A stretch of DNA of 37,914 bases from Nitrospirales bacterium (lineage in GTDB: Bacteria > Nitrospirota > Nitrospiria > Nitrospirales > UBA8639), in NCBI GenBank assembly GCA_049607825.1, contig JBMYWX010000001.1:1-37914 (forward strand), written 5' to 3'. How positions within the stretch are numbered: position 1 is the first letter of the stretch; each line of letters starts with the position of its first letter. The notes under the pieces are model-generated. The model was not told the origin of the DNA. It did not search any database and worked only from the letters and a program-made list of their open reading frames with translations. The position numbers were made by a program, and so were the translations under genes. Positions 26,712-35,431 of the stretch are shown piece by piece.

Positions 26712-27062
26712 CTAACGGCTAGGTTGTGAAGGGTCTTGAACGGAATCTTTGATCGGTTCATTGGCTAATGAAGAGAGGACAAAATCGGTTAGGCCAATCC
26801 CCCCGGATTGAGCCGCACGCTTCCCAATTTCTTCATCATAAAATGAATAGAAAGCCTCGCCCATAGGATTGGCCGTTAAACTCCCTTTGGAAACTGTGCT
26901 TCGCATCTCTTTCATCAGATACGCTAAAAAATAACTTTCATACTCCAGTGCAGCCTTTCGAATATCTTCACGATCACGTTTTCCTTGAAGATCTTGTACC
27001 CGGGCCGTTGACAGGACATCAGTCGAAGAGATCGTCGTTGGACTGAGAATGCCATCAATCAC
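26712..27062 (-). CDS. flgJ: Rod-binding protein (FlgJ N-terminal-domain type, no muramidase domain)
   Basis: 116-aa ORF with a GTG start. Contains AALEYESYFLAYLMKEMRST...GEAFYSFYDEEIGKRAAQSGGIGL, which is typical of the Rod-binding family. It lies downstream of flgI. Confidence 0.8.
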   Translation of the reverse strand: MIDGILSPTTISSTDVLSTARVQDLQGKRDREDIRKAALEYESYFLAYLMKEMRSTVSKGSLTANPMGEAFYSFYDEEIGKRAAQSGGIGLTDFVLSSLANEPIKDSVQDPSQPSR

Positions 27063-27139
27063 GTTGTTGTCTCTCAGTGTTCATGATGTGAAATTTGCCT
27101 CAGGCCGCATAATCTGTTTTTGTGGATTGATTGTCATTT

Positions 27140-28306
27140 TTATATCATTTCCATATCGGCCTGGAGCGCACCTGCCGCCTTGGCCGCGGTAAGGACGGCA
27201 ACAAGATCGCGTGGCGACACGCCAATAAAATTTAGCGCTTTTACTAAGTCACCCAGCGTCACAGACTTGTCAACTTGAATGACTCGTCCAGGTTCTTCTT
27301 CGACAGTCGTATCGGATTCGGATGTCACCACTGTTTCACCAGCAGCATTTCCAATAAGACCCGGAGCTTCTGGTTGTGAGACGTCAAACGTCGTCTTAAC
27401 CTTAATAGTCAGACTCCCATGCGATATAGCCATACTCGACAACCGAACATGTTCTCCCATCACAATCGTCCCAGTTCGTTCATTGACGATAACCTTGGCC
27501 TGAACATCAACATCGACATCAAGCCCTTCGACGGCAGCAATTAGTTGAACGATTTTCCCCTTAAAGGCTTTCGGCATACCGACCTTGACTTGCCCAGAAC
27601 TCACAGGCCATGCCACGCCTGAGCCAAAATGAGTATTAATGGCTTCCGCCACCCGAAGAGATGTGGTGAAATCTGCCTGTCGAATACTCAGGGAAAAAGA
27701 CTTCCATTCATCAATATTCAGTTCCACTGACTTTTCAACAATAGCCCCACTGGGAATAATCCCACCGGACTGTTGATTTTTCGTGACTGTAGTTCCTGAT
27801 CCACCTGCTTCAAACCCCGATGTTGAAATGGGTCCTTGTGCAACGGCATACACCTGTTGGTTGGGAGCTTTAAGAGGAGTCATGAGCAACGTTCCGCCCT
27901 TGAGACTTTTTGCATTAGCCAAAGATGACACTTGAATATCGAGCTTCATCCCTGGTCGTGCAAATGGAGGGAGCTTTGCGGTCACCATCACCGATGCCGT
28001 ATTTTTTGTGAGTAACTGAATAGGGTCGACTTTCAAATTAATGCCCATAGAGTTCAACATGGAAATAATGGCTTGGGCGGTAAACTGTCCACCCACAACA
28101 GAGTCCCCAGTACGATCAAGTCCAACAACTAATCCGTAACCAATCAATTGGTTTTCGCGTACACCCTCAATAGATGAGATATCCTTAATTCGTGCAGCAT
28201 TCGTGGATGGAATAATCAAAAAACAACAGACCAGAGGTAACAGACAAAAGACAAGAATTCGTCTCTGCCATGAACTATAAATATGTGTAATATCTGACAA
28301 ACGCAT
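27140..28306 (-). CDS. flgI: Flagellar P-ring protein FlgI
   Basis: Signal peptide followed by IKDISSIEGVRENQLIGYGLVVGLDRTGD. The start is set at ATG 28306, which has AAGAGGA 9 nt upstream. The ORF track begins at GTG 28336. Confidence 0.9.
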   Translation of the reverse strand: MRLSDITHIYSSWQRRILVFCLLPLVCCFLIIPSTNAARIKDISSIEGVRENQLIGYGLVVGLDRTGDSVVGGQFTAQAIISMLNSMGINLKVDPIQLLTKNTASVMVTAKLPPFARPGMKLDIQVSSLANAKSLKGGTLLMTPLKAPNQQVYAVAQGPISTSGFEAGGSGTTVTKNQQSGGIIPSGAIVEKSVELNIDEWKSFSLSIRQADFTTSLRVAEAINTHFGSGVAWPVSSGQVKVGMPKAFKGKIVQLIAAVEGLDVDVDVQAKVIVNERTGTIVMGEHVRLSSMAISHGSLTIKVKTTFDVSQPEAPGLIGNAAGETVVTSESDTTVEEEPGRVIQVDKSVTLGDLVKALNFIGVSPRDLVAVLTAAKAAGALQADMEMI

Positions 28307-28344
28307 GTTGAGGATTCCTCTTTTTATTTCTTCCACCTACGACA

Positions 28345-29052
28345 TTAAAAGGGAATGATCCAATCTAAAATCCTGACCAACCAACCAGGTCGTTGAACAT
28401 CATCCACGACACCAAGACCGGTATAACCAATCTTGGCTTCAGCAATAGCAGAAGATATGACAGTATTGCTGGTATCAAGGTCTATTCGTCGAACAATCCC
28501 TTTTAGAACCATCGTCTGTTTTTCGCTATTCACCGTCACTTCTCGCTTTCCTTGAATTCTCAAATCTCCATTGGGCAGTACTTCCGTCACACGAGTGGCA
28601 ATCGTACCAGTTAACGTATCCTCTCGACTTGTTGACCCAGTACCTTCAAATTCATTTGCCGTACTCGAATCAAGCCCTAATCCTTCGGTAAAGGCTGAGG
28701 CAAAATTATTGAATCCAAAAATCGAGCCCTTAATCGAGTTCTTATATGTCGACTCCCGATCAGCCTTGGTACTGGCTGTCTTCGATCCCTTATGCTGTTC
28801 AACAATTTGCACAATGACAATGTCACCGATACGACTTGCTCGTCGGTCTTCAAATAAGTACGCACGACCATTCTGTTCTTGCCATAATGAACCGGTGGTC
28901 TCTGGAAGTGATAGCGGAGGCTGTTCAAAGGGTTTCTCTTCTACAGTCTTGATTGGCTGGGGAGAAGCCGCACAGCCGTGGCAAAGAAGAAAAACCCCTA
29001 CCATGACACTAAACTGTCTCCAGGGTCTCTGAGAGACTAGAGAACCTCTCAA
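28345..29052 (-). CDS. flgH: Flagellar L-ring lipoprotein FlgH
   Basis: 235-aa ORF with a signal/lipobox-like VFLLCHGC. Contains GDIVIVQIVE and TRVTEVLPNGDLRIQGKREVTVNSEKQTMVLKGIVRRIDL. The TTG start overlaps the flgA stop. Confidence 0.9.
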   Translation of the reverse strand: MRGSLVSQRPWRQFSVMVGVFLLCHGCAASPQPIKTVEEKPFEQPPLSLPETTGSLWQEQNGRAYLFEDRRASRIGDIVIVQIVEQHKGSKTASTKADRESTYKNSIKGSIFGFNNFASAFTEGLGLDSSTANEFEGTGSTSREDTLTGTIATRVTEVLPNGDLRIQGKREVTVNSEKQTMVLKGIVRRIDLDTSNTVISSAIAEAKIGYTGLGVVDDVQRPGWLVRILDWIIPF

Positions 29053-29804
29053 AATTTCACCTCGACGATACCAGAGGAACGCACAGACGCAAGGACTTCC
29101 CTCCCAGATGTTTGATTCGTCACAAGGATTAATTCTCCAAAGTGTCCAGAAGCTTTCGCCACGCCAAAGGTCTGCACAAATAACCCTCCTCGCCGGACCT
29201 CAATCATCACACGATCGCCTTTATGAACCAACGGAGGCTCAGCGACATATGAAATGCGGAGTGGCTGATGGGGAGGGAGCGAACGCGTCGCTTGCTTGCC
29301 AACGATATCAGCGGCATGCATGACTACATCCTGATTGAATGTTCGAAGATTAACGGTCGTTTTGACCAAGTCCTTTGATTGGAGCACTTCGTGTAATTTA
29401 ATCCATCGAATGGGCGTCATCACCTCAGCACGAGCCGTGATCGATGCGACAATACTCACCGTCTTTCTTAGCTCAGAATCTACAAGTAACTGAACACGAA
29501 AAGCGCGACGGCCAGACAAGTGGCTAAATCGATCGGTCTCGACTCGTAACTCTAATTTTCCAGCAGTGACCTCAATAGGTTGTTTCGGAAATAAAACTTG
29601 AAGGCTTACTTTAATAAGTCCCGTATCGATACGACCTTGAATATCTTTCATCAATGTTCGTTGAAGTCGTTGGATTGAGACAAGTTGAGTCTTCGCATTC
29701 TTTTTCTCAACAGGCTTTGATGATGCTGTCCCAACCCATCCCCCTACCCCGGAAACAGAGAGGAAACACACGACCATACCGATAATCACAATCCACTGTC
29801 TCAT
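29049..29804 (-). CDS. flgA: Flagellar P-ring assembly chaperone FlgA
   Basis: 251-aa ORF with an N-terminal signal. The C-terminal part reads KGDRVMIEVRRGGLFVQTFGVAKASGHFGELILVTN. It sits between flgG and flgH. Confidence 0.85.
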   Translation of the reverse strand: MRQWIVIIGMVVCFLSVSGVGGWVGTASSKPVEKKNAKTQLVSIQRLQRTLMKDIQGRIDTGLIKVSLQVLFPKQPIEVTAGKLELRVETDRFSHLSGRRAFRVQLLVDSELRKTVSIVASITARAEVMTPIRWIKLHEVLQSKDLVKTTVNLRTFNQDVVMHAADIVGKQATRSLPPHQPLRISYVAEPPLVHKGDRVMIEVRRGGLFVQTFGVAKASGHFGELILVTNQTSGREVLASVRSSGIVEVKF

Positions 29805-29807
29805 GAC

Positions 29808-30599
29808 TTACCGCCTTAGATTATTTGCGACTTGCATCATGTCATCAGCTGCTTGAATAGCTTTGGCATTCAACTCATAACTTCGTTGAGCAATGATCAT
29901 ATTCACCATTTCATCAGCAATATTGACATTCGAGGTCTCCAAAAACCCTTGCTGAATAAGACCGAATCCAGTTGAGAACCCTGGCGTCCCTTGTTGGGCT
30001 GCTCCAGATGCAGCACTTTCGATAAAGAGATTATTCCCTTGGGCCACAAGACCAGCAGGATTATCAAATCGAACAAGTTGGATATTCCCAATCTGCGTCG
30101 CTGTTGCGACACCAGGAAGAAGAGCGGAGACGGTACCATCTGACCCAATATCCACTTTAAGTGCCCCAGAAGGAATGGTAATCGTCGGGACGAGAGTGTC
30201 ACCGTCTCCAGTAACAACATTTCCTGTCGCATCCTGCTTAAAGGAACCGCCCCGCGTATACATCGTTGTTCCATCAGGACGACTCACCTGAAACATCCCG
30301 CGACCTTCGATGGCCATGTCGAGATCATTAAATGTTTGCTTTAAATTACCTTGAACAAATTCTTTGGAAACCGTGACAGGCCGCACGCCGAGTCCCACTT
30401 GCATACCAACAGGGAACACGCCAACAGAAGATGCACTCGCACCTGGTAAGCGTTGGATTTGGTAAAGCAAATCGGCAAATTCAGCACGTCCTCGTTTAAA
30501 TCCTGTGGTATTCACGTTTGCCAAGTTATGGGCAATCGTATCGATGTTTAATTGCTGCGCAAACATGCCAGTCGACGCTGTGTGCATGGCACGAATCAT
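29808..30599 (-). CDS. flgG: Flagellar distal rod protein FlgG
   Basis: 263-aa ORF. N terminus: MIRAMHTASTGMFAQQLNIDTIAHNLANVNTTGFKR. C terminus: LETSNVNIADEMVNMIIAQRSYELNAKAIQAADDM. Confidence 0.95.
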   Translation of the reverse strand: MIRAMHTASTGMFAQQLNIDTIAHNLANVNTTGFKRGRAEFADLLYQIQRLPGASASSVGVFPVGMQVGLGVRPVTVSKEFVQGNLKQTFNDLDMAIEGRGMFQVSRPDGTTMYTRGGSFKQDATGNVVTGDGDTLVPTITIPSGALKVDIGSDGTVSALLPGVATATQIGNIQLVRFDNPAGLVAQGNNLFIESAASGAAQQGTPGFSTGFGLIQQGFLETSNVNIADEMVNMIIAQRSYELNAKAIQAADDMMQVANNLRR

Positions 30600-30642
30600 A
30601 ACGTGAACTCCTTTTTAACTTCTGAATTTTTCCACACCACGA

Positions 30643-31359
30643 TTACTGCACCCGTGCAACTTGAATGACCTTACCCGCCAGATCATCCATCGTTTGAATG
30701 GCTTTTTGCATTTGTTCATAAGCCCGTGTCACTTTTATCAATTCAACGAGATCTAAACCCGGGTTAATATTTGATTTTTCCAACATGCCCTGCTGGACCG
30801 TGGTATTCGTCGCCGGCTCAACTTTGTCTGGAATCTTCCAATATAAATCACCGACTTTGACTGGGATAGTAGATGCTGGGAGCGTTTCAACGCGTAATTG
30901 ACCAGCCACAACATTATTCACGCTGACGGTACCCTTTGCATCAATGGAGATATCTCCAGGCGCAGTCTTGATAGGTCCATTTTGTCCTAAGATCGCATCA
31001 CCAGTATGTGTCACCAATTCACCGCTCGTATTCCTAAAAAGATGTCCGCCTCGAAAATGTCGATCCCCATCTGCTGTTTTCACGACAAAAAACCCAGGAC
31101 CATTCAGTCCGACATCTAACTCTCGATTAGTTTGCTCCAAGGCACCCTGTTCCGTCTCCGGCACAATCGTTCCCACACGAGGAAACAGATCCATTCCTGC
31201 AGCTGGTGCGCGGGAAGCTGCCCCAAGAATCGTTTCAAATACAGGTTTATCCTTCTTGTAGCCTGTGGTATTCACATTCCCAATATTATGAGAAAGCACA
31301 TCGAGGCGACGTTCGAAAGAAATTGCCCCGGCAAGAGGGGGATAAATACCACGATTCAT
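30643..31359 (-). CDS. flgF: Flagellar proximal rod protein FlgF
   Basis: Rod-family termini (LDVLSHNIGNVNTTGYKK; LEKSNINPGLDLVELIKVTRAYEQMQKAIQTMDD). The start is set at ATG 31359, with AAGGAG 6 nt upstream. The ORF track starts at TTG 31389. Confidence 0.85.
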   Translation of the reverse strand: MNRGIYPPLAGAISFERRLDVLSHNIGNVNTTGYKKDKPVFETILGAASRAPAAGMDLFPRVGTIVPETEQGALEQTNRELDVGLNGPGFFVVKTADGDRHFRGGHLFRNTSGELVTHTGDAILGQNGPIKTAPGDISIDAKGTVSVNNVVAGQLRVETLPASTIPVKVGDLYWKIPDKVEPATNTTVQQGMLEKSNINPGLDLVELIKVTRAYEQMQKAIQTMDDLAGKVIQVARVQ

Positions 31360-31400
31360 ATCAGTCTCCTTACTCGATAGAATTATCAAATCTACAGAAA

Positions 31401-31416
31401 AGCAATGGACATGCCA
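31401..31416 (-). promoter_or_regulatory. Sigma-54 (-24/-12) promoter for the flgF operon
   Basis: The minus strand reads TGGCAT-GTCCA-TTGCT, which has the exact TGGCAC-N5-TTGCW spacing. It lies about 40 nt upstream of the flgF ATG. Confidence 0.6.
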
Positions 31417-31746
31417 TTAGGGAGCCAGACACGAAGAAAGAATCAAAAATGAATTATATTGAGGAATTGGGATCTACTATTAAGGATATGGATCTCGTAG
31501 CACTGAATCTTAGGCAGATACTTCCAGTCAAGAAGAATAAATTTCCCACCCAGCCACATTGCTAGTCACTTCCCATTTTTCGATTTCCCGAAAATGAGCG
31601 GAATATCCTGCAGGGTCAGCCTTTCTTGCCCAGCAACAAGAAGAGATGAACGAGTCCAGCCATTAGCGGGAAAACGATACTCACACATGAAGACGCAGTC
31701 CGCGACATCGCGGCGATCTTCACTCTCACGCTCAGTGTCTGAATAG

Positions 31747-32450
31747 CTATAAGTCAAGATAGGGATTTCGTTCGACGGGTGGGGCATGGACGTGACGAAG
31801 AATAATGATTTCAACCCGACGATTAGCGGCTCGTCCTTTGGCCGTCTTATTTGATTCTAATGGTCGATAGCCTGCAAAGCTTGTTGCAGAGAAACGCTTG
31901 GGTTCTAGCGAATGAATGTCTGTAAAAAATCTGATAAGAATACTCGCTCGCGAATGGGAAGAGAATCAGTATGACCTTCGACAGCAATATAATTGGGTAG
32001 ACCTTTGATTAGACCGGCAATGAGGTCTAAAAACTTTTTGACTTCTGGACGAAGGGTCGCACTTCCGCTGCCAAATAGGGCATCATCAGAAAGTCGTATA
32101 TTCAACCCTCGGGCTTCAGACTTCACCGACACACCCTGAGGAATCTTGGCCGCCTGTATGGCATTGGCAATTTTCACAAAAGATCGACCACTCGGCTTTA
32201 CCTTGGGAGATTCGTTCGATAACACCTCATTCCGTTGTTCCAAAGGGAGCTCAATGATTGATGGATTGCCCAATGGCTTATGATTACTAAAGGCACTGAC
32301 CAACGACTCACTCAATGTTCGATATTGTCCTTCATTCACAGAAGAAACCGCATACATCACCACAAAGAATGCAAAGAGCAAGGTAATAAAGTCAGCGTAC
32401 GACACAAGCCAACGTTCATGATTTTCATGTTCTTCATGTTTTTTCTTCAC
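31747..32450 (-). pseudogene. motB: motB disrupted by an internal deletion plus frameshift in the OmpA-like domain
   Basis: Frame A (31905..32450) has a normal MotB N terminus (WLVSYADFITLLFAFFVVMYA ... VEGHTDSLPI) and then runs into TAG. Frame B (31747..31965) encodes RASILIRFFTDIHSLEPKRFSATSFAGYRPLESNKTAKGRAANRRVEIIIL. The segment normally between these two (about 14 aa, including SNWELS) is absent. Confidence 0.7.
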
Positions 32451-32480
32451 TGCAATGTCTTTCTTGGCCCACTCATAACT

Positions 32481-33251
32481 TTACCTTGACGATTTCTTCT
32501 TGTGTTCTGATTCAGGAAGAAATCCACTTAACCGCTCTTCGATCATGCGTGGATTTTCACCTTGAGCCACAGACACCAAACCTTCAATCACCATTAATTT
32601 TCCAACAATCAATTCTTTGGCTTTTAATTTAATTTTTCCCCCGAAAGGGAGAAAGAATAAATTGGCACCACCAACTCCATAAATGGTGGCCACAAACGCG
32701 ACTGCGATACCACCTCCCAATGAAGAAGGATCTGCAAGGTTTTCCATGACATGAATGAGACCCATGACTGCACCAAGAATTCCAACTGTTGGCGCATAAC
32801 TGCCGAAGGCTTCCCACACCTTCCCAGCCAGGGTATATTCCTCTTCAAACATGCCCACTTCAACTTCTAAAATTTCACGAATTTTAGGAGGCTCGGTACC
32901 ATCTACGACTAACTGAAGCCCTTTTGCTAGCAATGGATCTTGAATGGTTTTAATCTGACCTTCAAGGGCCAACAATCCTTGTTTACGACTAATGTTGGCC
33001 AATCCTACAACTTTCTCAATCGTTCCTTTAAGATCCACTGAGACATTACCAAAGACCATCCCCACGCTACTCATAGCTTTCATGAAAATAGACATTGGAT
33101 AGTTAATCAGCACCGCCCCAAGGGTCCCACCAAATACGATTAACGCTGCGGTAGGTTGGATAATTGAACTGATGTGGCCACCTTCAAGGACTTGTCCACC
33201 TAAGATAGACACAGCAGCAATCACCAAACCAACAATAGTTAAAACATCCAT
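32481..33251 (-). CDS. motA: Flagellar stator protein MotA
   Basis: 256-aa ORF with four TM segments. Contains the MotA/TolQ/ExbB signature GGGIAVAFVATIYGVGGANLFFLPFGGKIK. Confidence 0.9.
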   Translation of the reverse strand: MDVLTIVGLVIAAVSILGGQVLEGGHISSIIQPTAALIVFGGTLGAVLINYPMSIFMKAMSSVGMVFGNVSVDLKGTIEKVVGLANISRKQGLLALEGQIKTIQDPLLAKGLQLVVDGTEPPKIREILEVEVGMFEEEYTLAGKVWEAFGSYAPTVGILGAVMGLIHVMENLADPSSLGGGIAVAFVATIYGVGGANLFFLPFGGKIKLKAKELIVGKLMVIEGLVSVAQGENPRMIEERLSGFLPESEHKKKSSR

Positions 33252-33273
33252 AGCCTAAACGATACCCTAATAG

Positions 33274-33765
33274 TTAAAATCCGACTCCCACACCAAGAAT
33301 CTGGCCAAGATCTAACAGCATTAACAGACGCCCATTCACTCGACCAATCCCTTTATGAAACTCTGCGCTCCCGCCTCGTCCAGTACTCGGAGGGGTTTCG
33401 ATGAGATTTTCGGGTAAGCGAAGGACCTCCTCAACAGAATCGACGATAAATCCAAGAACGGTGTCGGCAATTTCAACGACAATAATTCGTGTTTCCTTTG
33501 TTCGATCTGCAGAAGGAAGACCAAAACGAGAACGTAAATCTAAAATGGGAATAACTTTTCCACGAAGATTAATCACCCCTTCGACAAAATATGGAGCATT
33601 CGGAACAGGCGTCAATTCCACCATTCGAATAATTTCTTGAACGCCAAGAATATCGATCGCAAATTCTTCTTCTCCCACATGGAAACTTACTAATTGGAGT
33701 ACAGTTCCAACCTCTTCATCTAACTGATCAATGGTCATCGATTCTTCTGATTGTAAGCCTACCAT
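33274..33765 (-). CDS. cheW: Chemotaxis coupling protein CheW
   Basis: Contains LVSFHVGEEEFAIDILGVQEIIRM...INLRGKVIPILDLR. ATG 33765 is preceded by GGAGGTG at a spacing of about 8 nt. The ORF track starts at GTG 33774. Confidence 0.9.
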   Translation of the reverse strand: MVGLQSEESMTIDQLDEEVGTVLQLVSFHVGEEEFAIDILGVQEIIRMVELTPVPNAPYFVEGVINLRGKVIPILDLRSRFGLPSADRTKETRIIVVEIADTVLGFIVDSVEEVLRLPENLIETPPSTGRGGSAEFHKGIGRVNGRLLMLLDLGQILGVGVGF

Positions 33766-33822
33766 CAAAATCACCTCCGTAAATCACTATTGGCCTTCCA
33801 CATTGCCCACCTACCATATATC

Positions 33823-34950
33823 CTATTTGGAAATCTTTACGTGATATTGCATCTCATGTTTATTAACTAAGGAGATTCGGCTAATGATCTCAGATGCTAT
33901 CCGTGATCCCGGCATCACCGCATCAACATCACCATTTTCAATCGCAGCCTTAGGCATCCCATAAATGACGCTGGTCTCTTCATCTTGAACGAGGGAGCAT
34001 CCGCCAGCCGTGTTGATAGCCTGTATGCCACGCGCTCCATCATTGCCCATCCCTGTAAGAATAACACCCACAACCGATGGTCCAAATATTTTGGCAGCAG
34101 ATTCCATTGCTAGATCAATAGAAGGCCGATAAGGAAGATCAACCGGCTCTCGAGACACTCGCACACGAACTTGTCTATCCGCATGACTTTCTAGCTGAAT
34201 ATGTTGACTTCCTGGCGCCACAAGCACTTGTCCACTCACGAGAGGATCTCCATCCTTAGCCTCATCAACCCTAAGAGGACAAACCTGATTTAATCTCTCC
34301 GCAAATGACTTCGTAAAAAATTTAGGCATATGTTGAACAATAACCACTGCAGCTGAAAACGTAGAAGGAAATTCCTCCAGTATTTCTTGAACGACTCTGG
34401 GCCCCCCCGTTGAAGATCCGATAATCACAACTGAGCCTGGAACAGAACCAATCTCATTGTATCTCTCCAATTTCACACGTGAATAAGGAGAATCTGCTGC
34501 CTTCCTTCGGTTTAACGTGGCTTGGGCAATACATTTTTTAAAAACTTTGGCCTTTGCAGCAGCTTTAACTTTACTGACTAAGATTTTCTCAATTTTGGAA
34601 ATATTTAAGATTGATCCATTTAACTGCTTAGAAATAAAGTCTATGGCTCCTAGTTCAAGAGCATGAAGTGTCTCCCATGCTGATTCTTGAGTTAATGAAC
34701 TCACCATAATAACGGGAAGCGGAGAGTGAGCCATTACCGATTCTAAAACTTGCATGCCATTGATCCCGGGCATTTCAATATCTAAAGTCATCACATCAGG
34801 TGAAAGTTTCTTGACCTTCATCAACGCTTCTTCTCCATGATGCGCAATACCAACAACGTCAATCCCAGGTGCTTTGCTCAACATGCCACTAAGAGCATTA
34901 CGGATAAACGCCGAGTCATCGACTATTAATACCCGTATATTTGAGCTCAT
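33823..34950 (-). CDS. cheB: Chemotaxis methylesterase/response regulator CheB
   Basis: 375-aa ORF. REC domain: VLIVDDSAFIR, LDIEMPGINGM. Esterase domain: IGSSTGGP, HMPKFFT, GMGNDGA, SVIYGMPKAA. Confidence 0.9.
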   Translation of the reverse strand: MSSNIRVLIVDDSAFIRNALSGMLSKAPGIDVVGIAHHGEEALMKVKKLSPDVMTLDIEMPGINGMQVLESVMAHSPLPVIMVSSLTQESAWETLHALELGAIDFISKQLNGSILNISKIEKILVSKVKAAAKAKVFKKCIAQATLNRRKAADSPYSRVKLERYNEIGSVPGSVVIIGSSTGGPRVVQEILEEFPSTFSAAVVIVQHMPKFFTKSFAERLNQVCPLRVDEAKDGDPLVSGQVLVAPGSQHIQLESHADRQVRVRVSREPVDLPYRPSIDLAMESAAKIFGPSVVGVILTGMGNDGARGIQAINTAGGCSLVQDEETSVIYGMPKAAIENGDVDAVMPGSRIASEIISRISLVNKHEMQYHVKISK

Positions 34951-35112
34951 ATCCCTCCGGTCAAAGATCGATCAAACAATTTCGTACAAAAATATCACAC
35001 ATTCACAAAAAACCGGGACAAATGTGCGAAAACGTCTCCTTGAAAGATTTTCAAGTCCTCTGATAGGCTTCTCAACATCATTAATATCCATTTATACAGA
35101 TTGGATTTAACT

Positions 35113-35382
35113 ATGAATCGTCACCCTAGCACCGAAGCCGAACGCCTCATGCTCGACGCAAAGAAAGCTATTCTTCAAGAACAGCATCGTCGTTTTCAGG
35201 AAATGCAGAAAGATGGACGATGGGATGATGCCATGCAACAACTTCATGTGACCCTCTCTTGTGCTGCAGACCTACTCAAAGACTCAGTCAACGTTCTTGA
35301 GCGTGCTGTCAGTCAACAAAAAGGGAACGACTCCAATACCCTTCCTGAACCGCCAATTCCACCTGACCCCAAGCTTTCCTAA
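35113..35382 (+). CDS. Hypothetical small protein (89 aa), the only plausible plus-strand gene
   Basis: An ATG-initiated ORF in a gene-free gap, convergent with the MCP gene. It is a helical, charged sequence with a Pro-rich tail (LPEPPIPPDPKLS). It has no convincing SD and no recognisable family. Confidence 0.35.
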   Translation: MNRHPSTEAERLMLDAKKAILQEQHRRFQEMQKDGRWDDAMQQLHVTLSCAADLLKDSVNVLERAVSQQKGNDSNTLPEPPIPPDPKLS

Positions 35383-35404
35383 CGCCGCTCATCTGAGCAG
35401 CGTT
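35381..35404. terminator. Imperfect hairpin between convergent genes (possible bidirectional terminator)
   Basis: AACGCCGCTCA-TC-TGAGCAGCGTT: 5+5 bp arms with one mismatch. It has no U-tract on either strand. Confidence 0.3.
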
Positions 35405-35431
35405 AGTGACGGCTCAAAAACTTGATCGCGA

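Noticed and set aside
31566-31814. An 82-aa minus-strand ORF downstream of motB
   Set aside because: Its 5' third is simply the wrong frame of the motB OmpA-like remnant (the true frame ends at 31747). It starts at a TTG and the remainder has no recognisable features.
33797-33812. A plus-strand TGGCCT..N6..TTGC resembling a sigma-54 element between cheB and cheW
   Set aside because: It is on the wrong strand for any gene and the spacing is off by one.
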